From sequence record SRR20825006_884: DNA of 59,712 bases. One strand, 5' to 3'. Shown piece by piece: positions 30,856-40,837 of this stretch. A program made the translations under genes and the position numbers. The stretch's first letter is position 1. Every line of letters begins with the position of its first letter. The notes under the pieces are model-generated. The model had not been told where the DNA came from, searched no databases, and saw only the letters and a program-made list of their open reading frames with translations.

Positions 30856-31598
30856 GACAAATCAGCCGGTTTTTTTGCCCTGCCGACTTCTTCAACATCC
30901 ACAATGCGCCCATCAGACAGCCGAATTGTGCGGTCCGACATTTCGGAGATACCGACATTGTGCGTGATGACGACCGTTGTCGCGCCGAGTTCACTGTTTA
31001 CATGGTCAAGCGCTTCCAGAACCTGGATGCCGGTCTTGCTATCGAGGGCACCGGTTGGCTCATCGCAAAAGAGCAATGCGGGTCGCTTTGCGATCGCTCG
31101 TGCAACGGCCACGCGCTGTTGTTCGCCCCCGGACAGTTCAGCTGGGAAATGATCCAGGCGCGCACTCAGCCCAACCATGGCAAGGGCGTCTTCAGGGGGT
31201 ATGGGATCGCGTGCAATTTCTGTCACCAGCGCCACATTCTCACGCGCTGTCAGGCTGGGTACGAGATTGTAGAATTGGAAGATAAAGCCAACATGGTGCC
31301 GGCGGTACCGGGTCAATCCCGCGTCCGACCTCCGGGTAAGTGACTTACCTTCGAACTGGACATCCCCCTCGGTCGGGCGATCAAGTCCCCCGAGAATGTT
31401 GAGCAAGGTGGACTTTCCGCTGCCGGACGCTCCCAGCATGACCAACAATTCGCCGCGCCGAACGTCCAGATCAACCCCGCGCAACGCCTGAACTTTGACC
31501 TCACCCGTGTCATAGACCTTGGTCAGCCCCCGGGCAGACAGAAGCACGCCCGTATCGGGATCTGCATACGATGCCGGTGCAGGCGTCAACACGTTCAT
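30849..31598 (-). CDS. ABC transporter ATP-binding protein (LolD/MacB-like)
   Basis: [28 protein letters not shown]. Confidence 0.93.
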   Translation of the reverse strand: MNVLTPAPASYADPDTGVLLSARGLTKVYDTGEVKVQALRGVDLDVRRGELLVMLGASGSGKSTLLNILGGLDRPTEGDVQFEGKSLTRRSDAGLTRYRRHHVGFIFQFYNLVPSLTARENVALVTEIARDPIPPEDALAMVGLSARLDHFPAELSGGEQQRVAVARAIAKRPALLFCDEPTGALDSKTGIQVLEALDHVNSELGATTVVITHNVGISEMSDRTIRLSDGRIVDVEEVGRAKKPADLSW

Positions 31599-31608
31599 CC
31601 ACGCCCCC

Positions 31609-32481
31609 CTAATGAACCATCAAGATTGGCAAGTCTGCATGCTGGATCATGTGCAAGGTCACGCCGCCCATGATGGATTCACGCAACCGGGAATGAGAGT
31701 AACCGCCCATCAAGACAACATCGCTGTTGCTCGCTTCGCATTGATTGAGAATTCGTTCCGCGATTGGCCGCTCCGGCCACTCCACGTGACGGCTCGTGAC
31801 CAGGACCCCTGCCCGCTCGAGCCACAGCTTTGCCTGCTCAAGACTCGGCGTGGCTGCGTCCGTTTCCCCAATCGTCAGCAATGTCGTCTCGTCACTTTGC
31901 AATAGTAGGGGAAGAGCCGCACGGACGACTCTTGATGCCTGCAGGCTGCCATCCCACGCGACCAGCGGTCGGCGCGGTACGGCGCTCAGGCCAGAACGCA
32001 GCGTAAGGAAAACTGGCGCACCCGATTGCATCAACACGGCTTCAAACAGCTCACGCTCCGGATGCGGCCCCTTGGCATCGGGAATTGCCATGACGACAAG
32101 GTCTGCCGCACGTGCCGAAAGACCGTAATTGAGCGGGAATTGTCCAACTTCTTCTGTCCACGAAGCGGTCACACCGTTTTGTTTCAACGCCTCCGGTACC
32201 GGCACGACATGGGCGTCCAAAGCGGCGCAGAGACCTTCAAACTTGGTGCGCAACCCACGGGCATAGCGGCTCGTCGCCTGATCATGCGCCTCCATTGCCA
32301 TCATGGTGGCTGAGGCAGACGCTGGATAGAACTCCATGGGCGGGTAGCCTGTGAAGCGCGGACGCACATGTTGAGCCATCACATGCCCCTTGAACGCACC
32401 GGCGAGCAACAAGGCAGTCTCTGACACCAATTTTGCTGTTTCTTCAAAAGCGAGCGGAGCGAAGATCGTCTTGAACGTCAT
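31609..32481 (-). CDS. Universal stress protein (tandem Usp)
   Basis: [35 protein letters not shown]. Confidence 0.9.
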   Translation of the reverse strand: MTFKTIFAPLAFEETAKLVSETALLLAGAFKGHVMAQHVRPRFTGYPPMEFYPASASATMMAMEAHDQATSRYARGLRTKFEGLCAALDAHVVPVPEALKQNGVTASWTEEVGQFPLNYGLSARAADLVVMAIPDAKGPHPERELFEAVLMQSGAPVFLTLRSGLSAVPRRPLVAWDGSLQASRVVRAALPLLLQSDETTLLTIGETDAATPSLEQAKLWLERAGVLVTSRHVEWPERPIAERILNQCEASNSDVVLMGGYSHSRLRESIMGGVTLHMIQHADLPILMVH

Positions 32482-32566
32482 GGGCGTAATCCTCTCAAGG
32501 GGATAGCGAGACCACACGTCTCACGAACACGAGACCCTATATTGAACCGGATCCACAACGTCTCCA

Positions 32567-32582
32567 TCCGTAATTCTACGGA
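32567..32582. promoter_or_regulatory. Perfect 6-4-6 palindrome in the usp / P-type ATPase divergent promoter
   Basis: TCCGTA-ATTC-TACGGA. Confidence 0.55.
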
Positions 32583-32645
32583 GACGCGAACCACGCGCGG
32601 TCATGTATCCATTCAGGGTCCCGACACAGGATCCGGAACACACTG

Positions 32646-35348
32646 ATGCTTGATCATCAGTCAAGGCCCAACCAAATGCCGGTGCCTGCTCATGCAGAGT
32701 CGACTGAGGCAGCTTTAAAACGCCTCTCATCCTCCCGGCTGGGACTGACACAAGCTGAAGCGGCAACCCGTTTGAGTGAATACGGATTAAACAGGACGCC
32801 CCGCGGACGCAGGACGCCGCTTCTGCTCCGGTTTCTGCGTCACTTTCACAATGCTTTGATCTATGTGCTGATCGCCTCTGCAGCCGTCACATGGTGGTTA
32901 GGCCATCCCATCGACACTGCCGTGATCCTGTTCGTAGTGATGGCCAATGGTGTCATCGGCTTCATTCAGGAAGGCCGCGCTGAATCCGCCATGGAAGCGA
33001 TCGCTACCCTACTCTCACCTCACGCTGCCGTGCTGCGAGATGGAGACAGGGTGACGGTCGACGCCGAAACCCTGGTTCCGGGGGATATCGTGCTCGTTGA
33101 GGCTGGAGATCGAATTCCGGCAGACCTTCGACTGATAGAATCCAGCGGCCTGAAAATTCAGGAAGCAATCCTGACTGGAGAATCTGTACCTGTCGAAAAG
33201 TCCGTGGAACCGTCGCGCACCGATGCGGTCCTGGGCGACCGTTCGAGTTCTGCATTCAGTGGCACTATTGTCACTGCTGGGCAGGCTCAGGGATTGGTCA
33301 CCGCAACAGGCGTCAATACGGAGATCGGCCGGATCAGCAGCATGCTGTCGTCTGTGGACGAGCTGCAGACGCCATTGCTGCGCCAGATGAATGCCTTCGC
33401 CAAATGGTTGACCATTCTGATCCTGCTGATTGGCTCAGCCTTGCTCTCATATGGCGTGTTCATCAGACATGCCGACTTTTCCGAAACCTTCATGTCCGTG
33501 GTTGGCTTGTCGGTTGCAGCCATTCCGGAAGGCCTGCCAGCAGTCCTGACCATCACCATGGCGATAGGTGTTCGGGCAATGGCTGGAAAGAATGCAATCA
33601 TTCGACGTCTGCCTGCTATCGAAACCCTGGGCGCTGTCTCCGTCATCTGCACGGACAAGACCGGCACATTAACTCACAATGAAATGACGGTCTCAGCACT
33701 CATCATCGCATCACAGGCATTCGATGTGACAGGAGATGGATACACGCCAAGCGGGGATATTACGCCATCGCCGTCGGAGACCATCCGTCCTGTATTTGAG
33801 CTACTCGCGGAAACAGCGGCGCGCTGCAACGATTCCAGTCTGGCAAAGGAGGGAGACGTCTGGATCGTCAGTGGAGACCCCATGGAGGGTGCACTTCTTG
33901 CCTTCGCCGGAAAGGTCCTGGGAAATGCCGAGGATGTGCGACGCGACACTCCCCGTCAGGCTGTCCTGCCCTTCGATTCTCGCCACCGCTTCATGGCTAC
34001 CAAGAATTCGGGGCCGGCTGGCGTACGAATCCACGCAAAAGGTGCTCCAGAGGATATCTCGGCGCTTTGCACGCACATGATCGGTGCTGATGGAACACCG
34101 GTTCCCATCGACCGTGAGGAAATCACGGCGATTACCGCTGAATTGGCTGCGCAGGGACAGCGAGTACTTGCATTGGCCTCAGCAGAGGCCAAGCCGGACC
34201 AGGCATTGACCCCGGAGGCGCTGAAAGGCGCTTTGGTTTTTCTGGGTGTCGTGGGTCTGAAAGACCCTCCTCGCGCCGAGGCTGTGGATGCTATCGCTGA
34301 GTGTCATGCTGCTGGAATCCAGGTGAAAATGATCACTGGCGACCATGCCGGCACCGCGGCTGCCATCGCAAAGGAAATCGGACTTCCTCACCCGGGTCAC
34401 GTCCTGGAAGGTCGTGATCTGGACGCGATGGATGATGTCGACCTTGTCCACGCGGCGCTGGAGACCAATGTCTTCGCGCGCACGAGCCCTGAACACAAAC
34501 TGCGCCTGGTGCAGGCCCTGCAGAGCCAAAACATGATCGTGGCGATGACCGGAGACGGCGTGAATGACGCGCCTGCCCTGAAACGTGCCGATGTTGGCGT
34601 AGCAATGGGCGTCAAGGGTAGCGAAGCCGCGAAGGAGGCTGCCGCAGTCGTCCTAGCAAACGACAATTTTGCCTCGATCGCTGCCGCCGTCACTGAGGGG
34701 CGCCGGATCTACGACAATATTCGAAAACTGATCCGGTGGACTCTCCCCACCGGTGGCGGGGAATCCAGTGTCGTGATTCTGGCACTTCTGTTCGGCACGA
34801 CGCTTCCAGTGACAGCAATCCAGATATTGTGGATCAATCTGATCACGGAAATGACCCTTGGTTTCGCACTCGCCCTGGAACCTCTTGAGCCCAGAAGTAT
34901 GCAACAGCCCCCTCGCAAGCGCGATGCGACCTTGCTAGACGGTGGATTGCTCGCAGACATCGTCGTTGCAACTATCCTTTTCGCGGCTGCCGTCTTCGCA
35001 GTCTTCACCTATACGCTAGATCAGTCCGCCTCCATTGAGCTGGCCCGGACGGTTGCGTTCAACACGCTTGTTGTTCTCCAGATCGCCTACCTGTTTTTCG
35101 TTCGCTATCTACATGGAGCGTCCAGCACACTGGACGGGCTGAAGGGCACACCCTCTGTATGGGTGGCACTCTCGATTGTCATGGTCGGTCAACTGATGGC
35201 GACCTACCTTCCAGCTGCGCAGAGTATATTTGGCACCGTCTCGCTTTCTCCCTTTTACGCTTCCATCGTAGTCGGTACCGGGATTGCGGTGTTTGGTTTG
35301 CTCGAAGTGGAAAAGCAGATGCGGCTTGCCATGCGGCGTATCCGATAA
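32646..35348 (+). CDS. P2-type cation-transporting ATPase
   Basis: TGES, PEGLP, DKTGTLT, MITGD, GDGVNDAPAL; the start may be the ATG at 32676. Confidence 0.95.
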   Translation: MLDHQSRPNQMPVPAHAESTEAALKRLSSSRLGLTQAEAATRLSEYGLNRTPRGRRTPLLLRFLRHFHNALIYVLIASAAVTWWLGHPIDTAVILFVVMANGVIGFIQEGRAESAMEAIATLLSPHAAVLRDGDRVTVDAETLVPGDIVLVEAGDRIPADLRLIESSGLKIQEAILTGESVPVEKSVEPSRTDAVLGDRSSSAFSGTIVTAGQAQGLVTATGVNTEIGRISSMLSSVDELQTPLLRQMNAFAKWLTILILLIGSALLSYGVFIRHADFSETFMSVVGLSVAAIPEGLPAVLTITMAIGVRAMAGKNAIIRRLPAIETLGAVSVICTDKTGTLTHNEMTVSALIIASQAFDVTGDGYTPSGDITPSPSETIRPVFELLAETAARCNDSSLAKEGDVWIVSGDPMEGALLAFAGKVLGNAEDVRRDTPRQAVLPFDSRHRFMATKNSGPAGVRIHAKGAPEDISALCTHMIGADGTPVPIDREEITAITAELAAQGQRVLALASAEAKPDQALTPEALKGALVFLGVVGLKDPPRAEAVDAIAECHAAGIQVKMITGDHAGTAAAIAKEIGLPHPGHVLEGRDLDAMDDVDLVHAALETNVFARTSPEHKLRLVQALQSQNMIVAMTGDGVNDAPALKRADVGVAMGVKGSEAAKEAAAVVLANDNFASIAAAVTEGRRIYDNIRKLIRWTLPTGGGESSVVILALLFGTTLPVTAIQILWINLITEMTLGFALALEPLEPRSMQQPPRKRDATLLDGGLLADIVVATILFAAAVFAVFTYTLDQSASIELARTVAFNTLVVLQIAYLFFVRYLHGASSTLDGLKGTPSVWVALSIVMVGQLMATYLPAAQSIFGTVSLSPFYASIVVGTGIAVFGLLEVEKQMRLAMRRIR

Positions 35349-35368
35349 GGACGAAGTTGTTTCAACAG

Positions 35369-35382
35369 TTGATAAGCATCAA
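35369..35382. promoter_or_regulatory. FNR/FixK box
   Basis: Perfect TTGAT-AAGC-ATCAA, about 65 bp upstream of the lipoprotein ATG. Confidence 0.8.
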
Positions 35383-35446
35383 TAAAGGGCGCTGGCGTTT
35401 GGTTAAGGTCCATCATCTTGTCCGTATCAGTGGAGGCAATCGAATT

Positions 35447-35962
35447 ATGGCCAATCTCAATCCCTCGCCCGTCGCATCCATCGCGTTGCTCGCCATAGCC
35501 CTGCTAACAGGTTGCGCATCGGCGCCGACTCCTTACCAGCCTGCAACTGAACTCCACGGCTATACGAGTGAAAACGTTGGCGATGGGCTGATCCGCGTAG
35601 GCTTCAGGGGGAATTCAGAGACAAGCCGAGACGAGGTAGAAGCGAGCCTGTTTCACCGTATGGTCGAGATCGCTGAAGAGGAATCCGCTGGAAGCTTCAC
35701 GATTGTCGGTCGGGAGACCGCCTGCACAACAACGCTCAGAACAGCCCCCGACACGACTTGCACCTATCATCAATCTGCGGATGCCCTGTTCCCTTACTAT
35801 TTCGGTGTCTATGAACTCGACAGCCCGTGGCACTCCAAGCCCAAGCGAGAATATGAAGCTGTCGCGACGATCCGACTGTCACCAGAGCCCGTTTGCGGGG
35901 ATTATGCAGATTGCTTTATCACAACAGATGCGCGGGCCGCGATCAGCAAAAACTCGGAATGA
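35447..35962 (+). CDS. Lipoprotein (CC0125/CC1285-like)
   Basis: Lipobox LTGC followed by PTPYQP...GY...VGFRGNSETSR; GGAGG upstream. Confidence 0.72.
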   Translation: MANLNPSPVASIALLAIALLTGCASAPTPYQPATELHGYTSENVGDGLIRVGFRGNSETSRDEVEASLFHRMVEIAEEESAGSFTIVGRETACTTTLRTAPDTTCTYHQSADALFPYYFGVYELDSPWHSKPKREYEAVATIRLSPEPVCGDYADCFITTDARAAISKNSE

Positions 35963-36031
35963 CTCTGGACACTGTTGCCGCCTCGATCCGCCTTGGACAT
36001 CAATAGTCCTGTCTCCGTGAAAGAGGTCAGG

Positions 36032-36045
36032 TTGATAGTTGTCAA
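36032..36045. promoter_or_regulatory. FNR/FixK box
   Basis: TTGAT-AGTT-GTCAA, about 54 bp upstream of the host-attachment gene ATG. Confidence 0.7.
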
Positions 36046-36098
36046 ACTGCGAAACGAATAAGTCTGCACTCTGTATGCGTCATATGGGAGACTCGATT

Positions 36099-36536
36099 AT
36101 GCATTTGCCAACCGGAGCGTTCGTCCTTGTGTGCGATGGCTCAAAAGCCCTGCTTTTGGAAAACAAGGGCGATGCCGATTTGCTGGATTTGAGAATTGTC
36201 GAGGCTCTAACGGACGACAATCCGCCGAATCGAGATCAGTCAAGTGATCGGGCCGGGCGCTTCAAGACACCTTCTGGCGCACATGCCGCAACAGAACAGA
36301 CTGACTGGCACGACATTGCAGAAGAACGCTTTCTGTCGACCGTCGCCGAGATGGCCCTGAAAGAAATAGGCCAGTCAACTCCCGCCAGCCTTGTCGTCGC
36401 AGCAGATCCTCGCTCACTCGGGAAGTTGCGTCCGATGCTGACAGATTCAGGATCGGTTTCAATCCTGGCGGAACTTAACCGCGATCTGGCGCATCATACG
36501 CTTCCAAAAATCGAAGAAGCGATCAGCAACGCGTGA
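36099..36536 (+). CDS. Host attachment family protein (AtsE / baeRF12)
   Basis: VLVCDGSKALLLENKGD, SDRAGR, TDWHDIAEERF, VAADPRSLGKLR. Confidence 0.85.
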   Translation: MHLPTGAFVLVCDGSKALLLENKGDADLLDLRIVEALTDDNPPNRDQSSDRAGRFKTPSGAHAATEQTDWHDIAEERFLSTVAEMALKEIGQSTPASLVVAADPRSLGKLRPMLTDSGSVSILAELNRDLAHHTLPKIEEAISNA

Positions 36537-36540
36537 GCAC

Positions 36541-38814
36541 TCAGGCCAATTGCCCCATGCGGTCGCTTAACTTGATACCCAGTCCCAGTTGTGAAATAGG
36601 CGCAGGTCGACCAAACAGATAGCCTTGTACTTCACCAAAGCCTGCCAGGTTCACGAACCGGAACTGTTCTTCTGTCTCCACACCTTCAGCAATCACCTTG
36701 ATATCCAGAACCCGACTCATGCCTGACAGAATGCCGAGGATTTGCCGGGCGCGATCACTTTCTTCCGCACGAACGAAGAATGAGCGGTCGATCTTAACCC
36801 GGTCCACCGGCAAATGCTCCAGACGGCTGAGCGAAGAATTTCCGGTCCCGAAATCATCCAAAGCGATCGTGATACCCATTTCCCGGATAACCTCAATCAC
36901 CTTGCACGAAGTTTCGATATTGCGCAGCACGCCCCGCTCCGTGATTTCGAGCTCCAGCAGGTGTGGGGGAAACCCCGTCTCTTGAAGTATTTCAGCGACC
37001 GATTCAGAAAAACCATCGGACAATAATTCATTGGGAGATACATTGACGCTCAACCGAATGCTGTCACCGCTCTTCGACATCCACCCGAGAACGTCTTCGC
37101 ATGCCTGACGCAACACATACTGGCCGAATGCAATGATATGCCGACTTGCCTCAGCGATCTCGATGAATTCCGACGGATTGATCGATCCGTACTTGGGGTG
37201 GGTCCACCGCGCCAACGCTTCGACACCAACCAACTGGCAATCTGAGACCCGCACAATCGGCTGGTAGTACAACCCGATCTTGCCTTCATCTATTGCAGGC
37301 ATGAGGTCCCGGTGAATGGACAGGCGACGCTCCAGGCGTTGACGTACTTTCGCATCGGGAACAACGCAGGAATCGCCGCCTTGTGACTTCGCTTCGTATA
37401 CTGCCGCATCAGCCTGTTCCAACACGTCCGCAATGGATTCTCCCTGCAAGCCGATGGCCGCGCCAATGGACGCTGTTACATCAATCAAGCGACCATCATA
37501 TGCGATTGGCTTTGATACCAAGGATCTGATCCGGTCTGCCAAGACCGAGATATCATCAAGATTCACCGCCCTGCCGACAACGCAACAGAACTCATCGCCC
37601 CCAATCCGGAACACGCGAATGCTATCGTCTTTGTCGGCGAGATGTTTCAAACGACCCCCGAGTGCGATCAACGCCGCATCCCCGCCAGCATGACCATGCC
37701 GGTCATTCAATTCCTTGAACTTGTCCAAATCGATGTAGAGGACGCTCATCAAGGCAGGGCGATCATCTCTCTTGCAAGATTCGATCAGAGAATTGAATGC
37801 GTGGCGGTTCTCCAAGCCTGTTAGAAGATCCGTCGTAGCCTGCTGCTTCAGCTTCTGCTCAAATTCCTCACGTACACTGATGTCATGCGCCACGCCCAGA
37901 TACCCGGTAAATTCCCCATTCTCGGAGAACAGCGGACGCCCGCTAACCTCAACGCTGCAATTGACGCCATCGGCGCGCAGAACACCCTTTATCCTCGAAA
38001 ACGGCTCACGACGCTGAATAGCTCCTGTGAACACCGCCTCATCGTTTTCCCATCCAATCAGCACATCGCGCCAACGACGTCCGAGAGCGTCGCCCTTGCC
38101 GAAATAATGGACAATCTTGCCAGTCGAATCGACTTCAATATGCCAGTCCGAAGACATCTCGGCATACGAAGTAGACCGCCCCCGATATCTATTCTCCCGC
38201 TGCAGAACCTCTTTCAGCGTAGTGTAGACATTTTGTCCGAATTGTTTCGGCAGCACGGCCGCAACACAACACGCAATAGCAATCAGGCTCAGCCCGATAG
38301 CTGTAAGTGCCGTATTGTCTACTCCGCCTACAATTACGTCCAACCGATCGGCTGGTCCCATATACCAGTTGATGAACCCGATAATGAAAGCAGTGTAGGC
38401 AAAGCTCAGCTTCATCGTGGTGAAGAGCCCCCAGATGATCGGCGTAATGCTGAGTAATAGCATTCCCACAAATATGCCTTCATGGTCCAATACAAGCATG
38501 GCGAACAAATTTGCCGGAACACTGACACAAAGCAGCAATCCCTGGAGCAACATGAATTTGCGTCTGGCTGCGAAGTAAGCAGATGCAATCAACGCTGCCG
38601 CCGTAAGAGCGTCTATGAAGGTTCCGATATTCAGTTCGTATTGATCAACCACAAGCAGGCTCGTGATCGTGATCATCATGATGATGAGGGCTGTCAGAGC
38701 ACTGTAGAAGATGATCGATTGCTGCAGACGATCCGGGCTCAGAATGGATTCTGCCAGCTCATCAATCGGGCCATCCCAGGAAGACGTTTTGGATTTACTG
38801 ATATATTGCTGCAT
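36541..38814 (-). CDS. Membrane-anchored PAS-GGDEF-EAL diguanylate cyclase/phosphodiesterase
   Basis: N-terminal TM helices; DLLTGLENR, DLDKFKELND, GGDEF, EAL and DDFGTG motifs all intact. Confidence 0.92.
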   Translation of the reverse strand: MQQYISKSKTSSWDGPIDELAESILSPDRLQQSIIFYSALTALIIMMITITSLLVVDQYELNIGTFIDALTAAALIASAYFAARRKFMLLQGLLLCVSVPANLFAMLVLDHEGIFVGMLLLSITPIIWGLFTTMKLSFAYTAFIIGFINWYMGPADRLDVIVGGVDNTALTAIGLSLIAIACCVAAVLPKQFGQNVYTTLKEVLQRENRYRGRSTSYAEMSSDWHIEVDSTGKIVHYFGKGDALGRRWRDVLIGWENDEAVFTGAIQRREPFSRIKGVLRADGVNCSVEVSGRPLFSENGEFTGYLGVAHDISVREEFEQKLKQQATTDLLTGLENRHAFNSLIESCKRDDRPALMSVLYIDLDKFKELNDRHGHAGGDAALIALGGRLKHLADKDDSIRVFRIGGDEFCCVVGRAVNLDDISVLADRIRSLVSKPIAYDGRLIDVTASIGAAIGLQGESIADVLEQADAAVYEAKSQGGDSCVVPDAKVRQRLERRLSIHRDLMPAIDEGKIGLYYQPIVRVSDCQLVGVEALARWTHPKYGSINPSEFIEIAEASRHIIAFGQYVLRQACEDVLGWMSKSGDSIRLSVNVSPNELLSDGFSESVAEILQETGFPPHLLELEITERGVLRNIETSCKVIEVIREMGITIALDDFGTGNSSLSRLEHLPVDRVKIDRSFFVRAEESDRARQILGILSGMSRVLDIKVIAEGVETEEQFRFVNLAGFGEVQGYLFGRPAPISQLGLGIKLSDRMGQLA

Positions 38815-38989
38815 GGGGATCCTCGGCCTGTAGGGTTAACCCTACCCACGCTCAGTTAGCCCTCTGCAAAAGCCGGACTGGAATATCCGACCAATGACTT
38901 AGGATTTGATTAGGATTTCCACGGGGGCCGATGCCACTGAAGCCATGTTGTCCTGATTCCGAACAAGAAGAATTACCCGCTCCACGAAG

Positions 38990-39509
38990 AGAGACTGCAT
39001 AGTAAACTTCCCGGAGACGGGTTTTCCCGAAAATCGCAATGTCTGATGGACTGCCGACCAACTGAATCAGGCGTAACATCGCTTCGGTGAAATCAGGGCT
39101 CCAGCCCGCAAACGAAAGACCTCGAACCATAGCTCCTTCGGCCGACATGGCGTCGATACCGCCAATACTTTCTATTTCCATGGTGCGCTCAGTCATTACG
39201 CGCGGATCGAGCGCGATATAGACGCCGAGGAGCGGATCGTTCGGCGACGCCTTGGGCGCCCCGGCTTCGACGGGAAGGTTTAGGGAGCAGCACATGTGCT
39301 GACGACTGTCATAGACATGGCGGTCTCCATCGAGGATTGCCTCTTTGGCGCCATTCAGGATTGCCATGATACAAGGTTCATAAATGACCGGGGCGCAACC
39401 CACTGGCTCAGTTATGCGAAACAGCTGAACTCCCCGGTATCCCTGTTTCGAACATTCCTGCACCCGTCAACCGGGCTGCGATGAAACGCTTCAGTTCTGA
39501 CTTGCTCAT
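38990..39509 (-). pseudogene. AraC-family regulator remnant (AraC_N domain; frameshifted, HTH lost)
   Basis: ATG at 39509 gives MSKSELKRF...ETGIPG; a frameshift in the G4 run near 39432-39435 continues as GVQLFRITEP...IYEP..GAKE; similarity appears to end near REVYYAV. Confidence 0.7.
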
Positions 39510-39898
39510 TGACGAAACCTATCCGGCGAGAAGTCAGCGGCATGCTCTCCATCCTTGGCGCAGACAGCGTCACGCGCCTCGCTGAAACTGATACCGAACG
39601 CGCCGCAACGGTCTGGCTCGCTGTTGGCATTGTGCAGAATGTTTTGGGCGGGGGCACCGAGTTGGTCGGCGGCGTCTGGAACACGCTGGCCAGCTTGACC
39701 GGACTGCGGCGTCGCGGTTTGCCCAGTGCGTTGAACCTGTTCGGCGTTTTCATCGGGCTTGCCGGAATCGAGACGATCTATCCAGATTTCGAACCCCTCA
39801 ACGCCGTTTTCGGGCTCAGCCAGATCGTCTGGTTTATTTGGGTGGGTGTCGTGATGCTGGACCGCAGGTCACCTGAGCTGATGCCCTCAGCGACCTGA
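39510..39898 (+). pseudogene. C-terminal remnant of a DUF4386-like membrane protein
   Basis: LGGGTELVGGVW...FGLSQIVWFIWVG; no convincing start or RBS, and it abuts the AraC remnant. Confidence 0.55.
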
Positions 39899-39926
39899 GT
39901 GCCCGATATTATCAGGATGAAACAAC

Positions 39927-40604
39927 ATGTCTGAACTTCCACTCATGGGGTTGGCACATCTGTTGATGGGCACACTGGCCGTCATCTCTGGTGCGGGAGC
40001 ATTGGCGGTCGCAAAGGGGCTCCGTCTGCACAGGGTGGCCGGAAACCTGTTCTTTGGCGCAATGCTCCTCCTGATCGCAAGTGGCCTCTATTTCAGCGTC
40101 ACGCGATCCATTCTCTTCACTATTTTCCTGAGCGTGATGGCCTTCTATTTGCTCTCGAGTGGCTGGGCGACCGTGATACGCCGCGAAGGTAAAACGGAGC
40201 GGTTTGAGCTAGCGAATTGTCTTTTCATTCTCCTTGCAGGCGCGTTCGCACTCGGAATGGGCCTGACCGAAACAATCCGCGGGGCTCCGTTACAGGACGA
40301 TGTTCCCTCCGCCGCCTTTTTCATCCTGGCCGCGCTCGCGGGGCTGTTTGGGGCGTATGATGTTGCTGTGATCCGGCGCGGTGGCTGTACTGGTAAGCAT
40401 CGGATTGCGCGCCATCTCTGGCGGATGTGTCTGTCTCTGTTCATCGCCGTGACGATCTTCTTTCTCGGTAACAATGACGTACTGCCGGAAGTCCTGCGCA
40501 CACCATTCTTTCTCACCGCCCCGATTGTCGCCGTTCTGGCACTGATGGTGTTTTGGCTCGTGCGCGTGATTTTCACTAATTGGTACAGAACTCCTTCCCA
40601 ATAG
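39927..40604 (+). CDS. DUF2306-like integral membrane protein
   Basis: HLLMG...KGLRLHRVAGNLF and RIARHLWRMC conserved His motifs; about 6-7 TM helices. Confidence 0.75.
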   Translation: MSELPLMGLAHLLMGTLAVISGAGALAVAKGLRLHRVAGNLFFGAMLLLIASGLYFSVTRSILFTIFLSVMAFYLLSSGWATVIRREGKTERFELANCLFILLAGAFALGMGLTETIRGAPLQDDVPSAAFFILAALAGLFGAYDVAVIRRGGCTGKHRIARHLWRMCLSLFIAVTIFFLGNNDVLPEVLRTPFFLTAPIVAVLALMVFWLVRVIFTNWYRTPSQ

Positions 40605-40837
40605 ATACGCCGTTCGGAGGCCTGTCCGTACCTGTCTCAGCTGGGCGCGTTGATGTTACGGGGCGAATGACGCTGGAAGACGTCATTGGGTGTATATTGC
40701 CGGCCAACAACAAAGGGCCAATGACACTTGTGTTCCGATGTCCTCTTTCGCATCCTCAGCGGTCGTTGAATGATTGGAAACGACATTTTGGTTGCTGGGA
40801 GAAGGCCCGGTCGGTAAGCTCAACATAACCGAAAATA

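Noticed and set aside
32650-32664. TTGA-N7-TCAA near the ATPase start as an FNR box
   Set aside because: Spacing is off by one base and it overlaps a possible coding start
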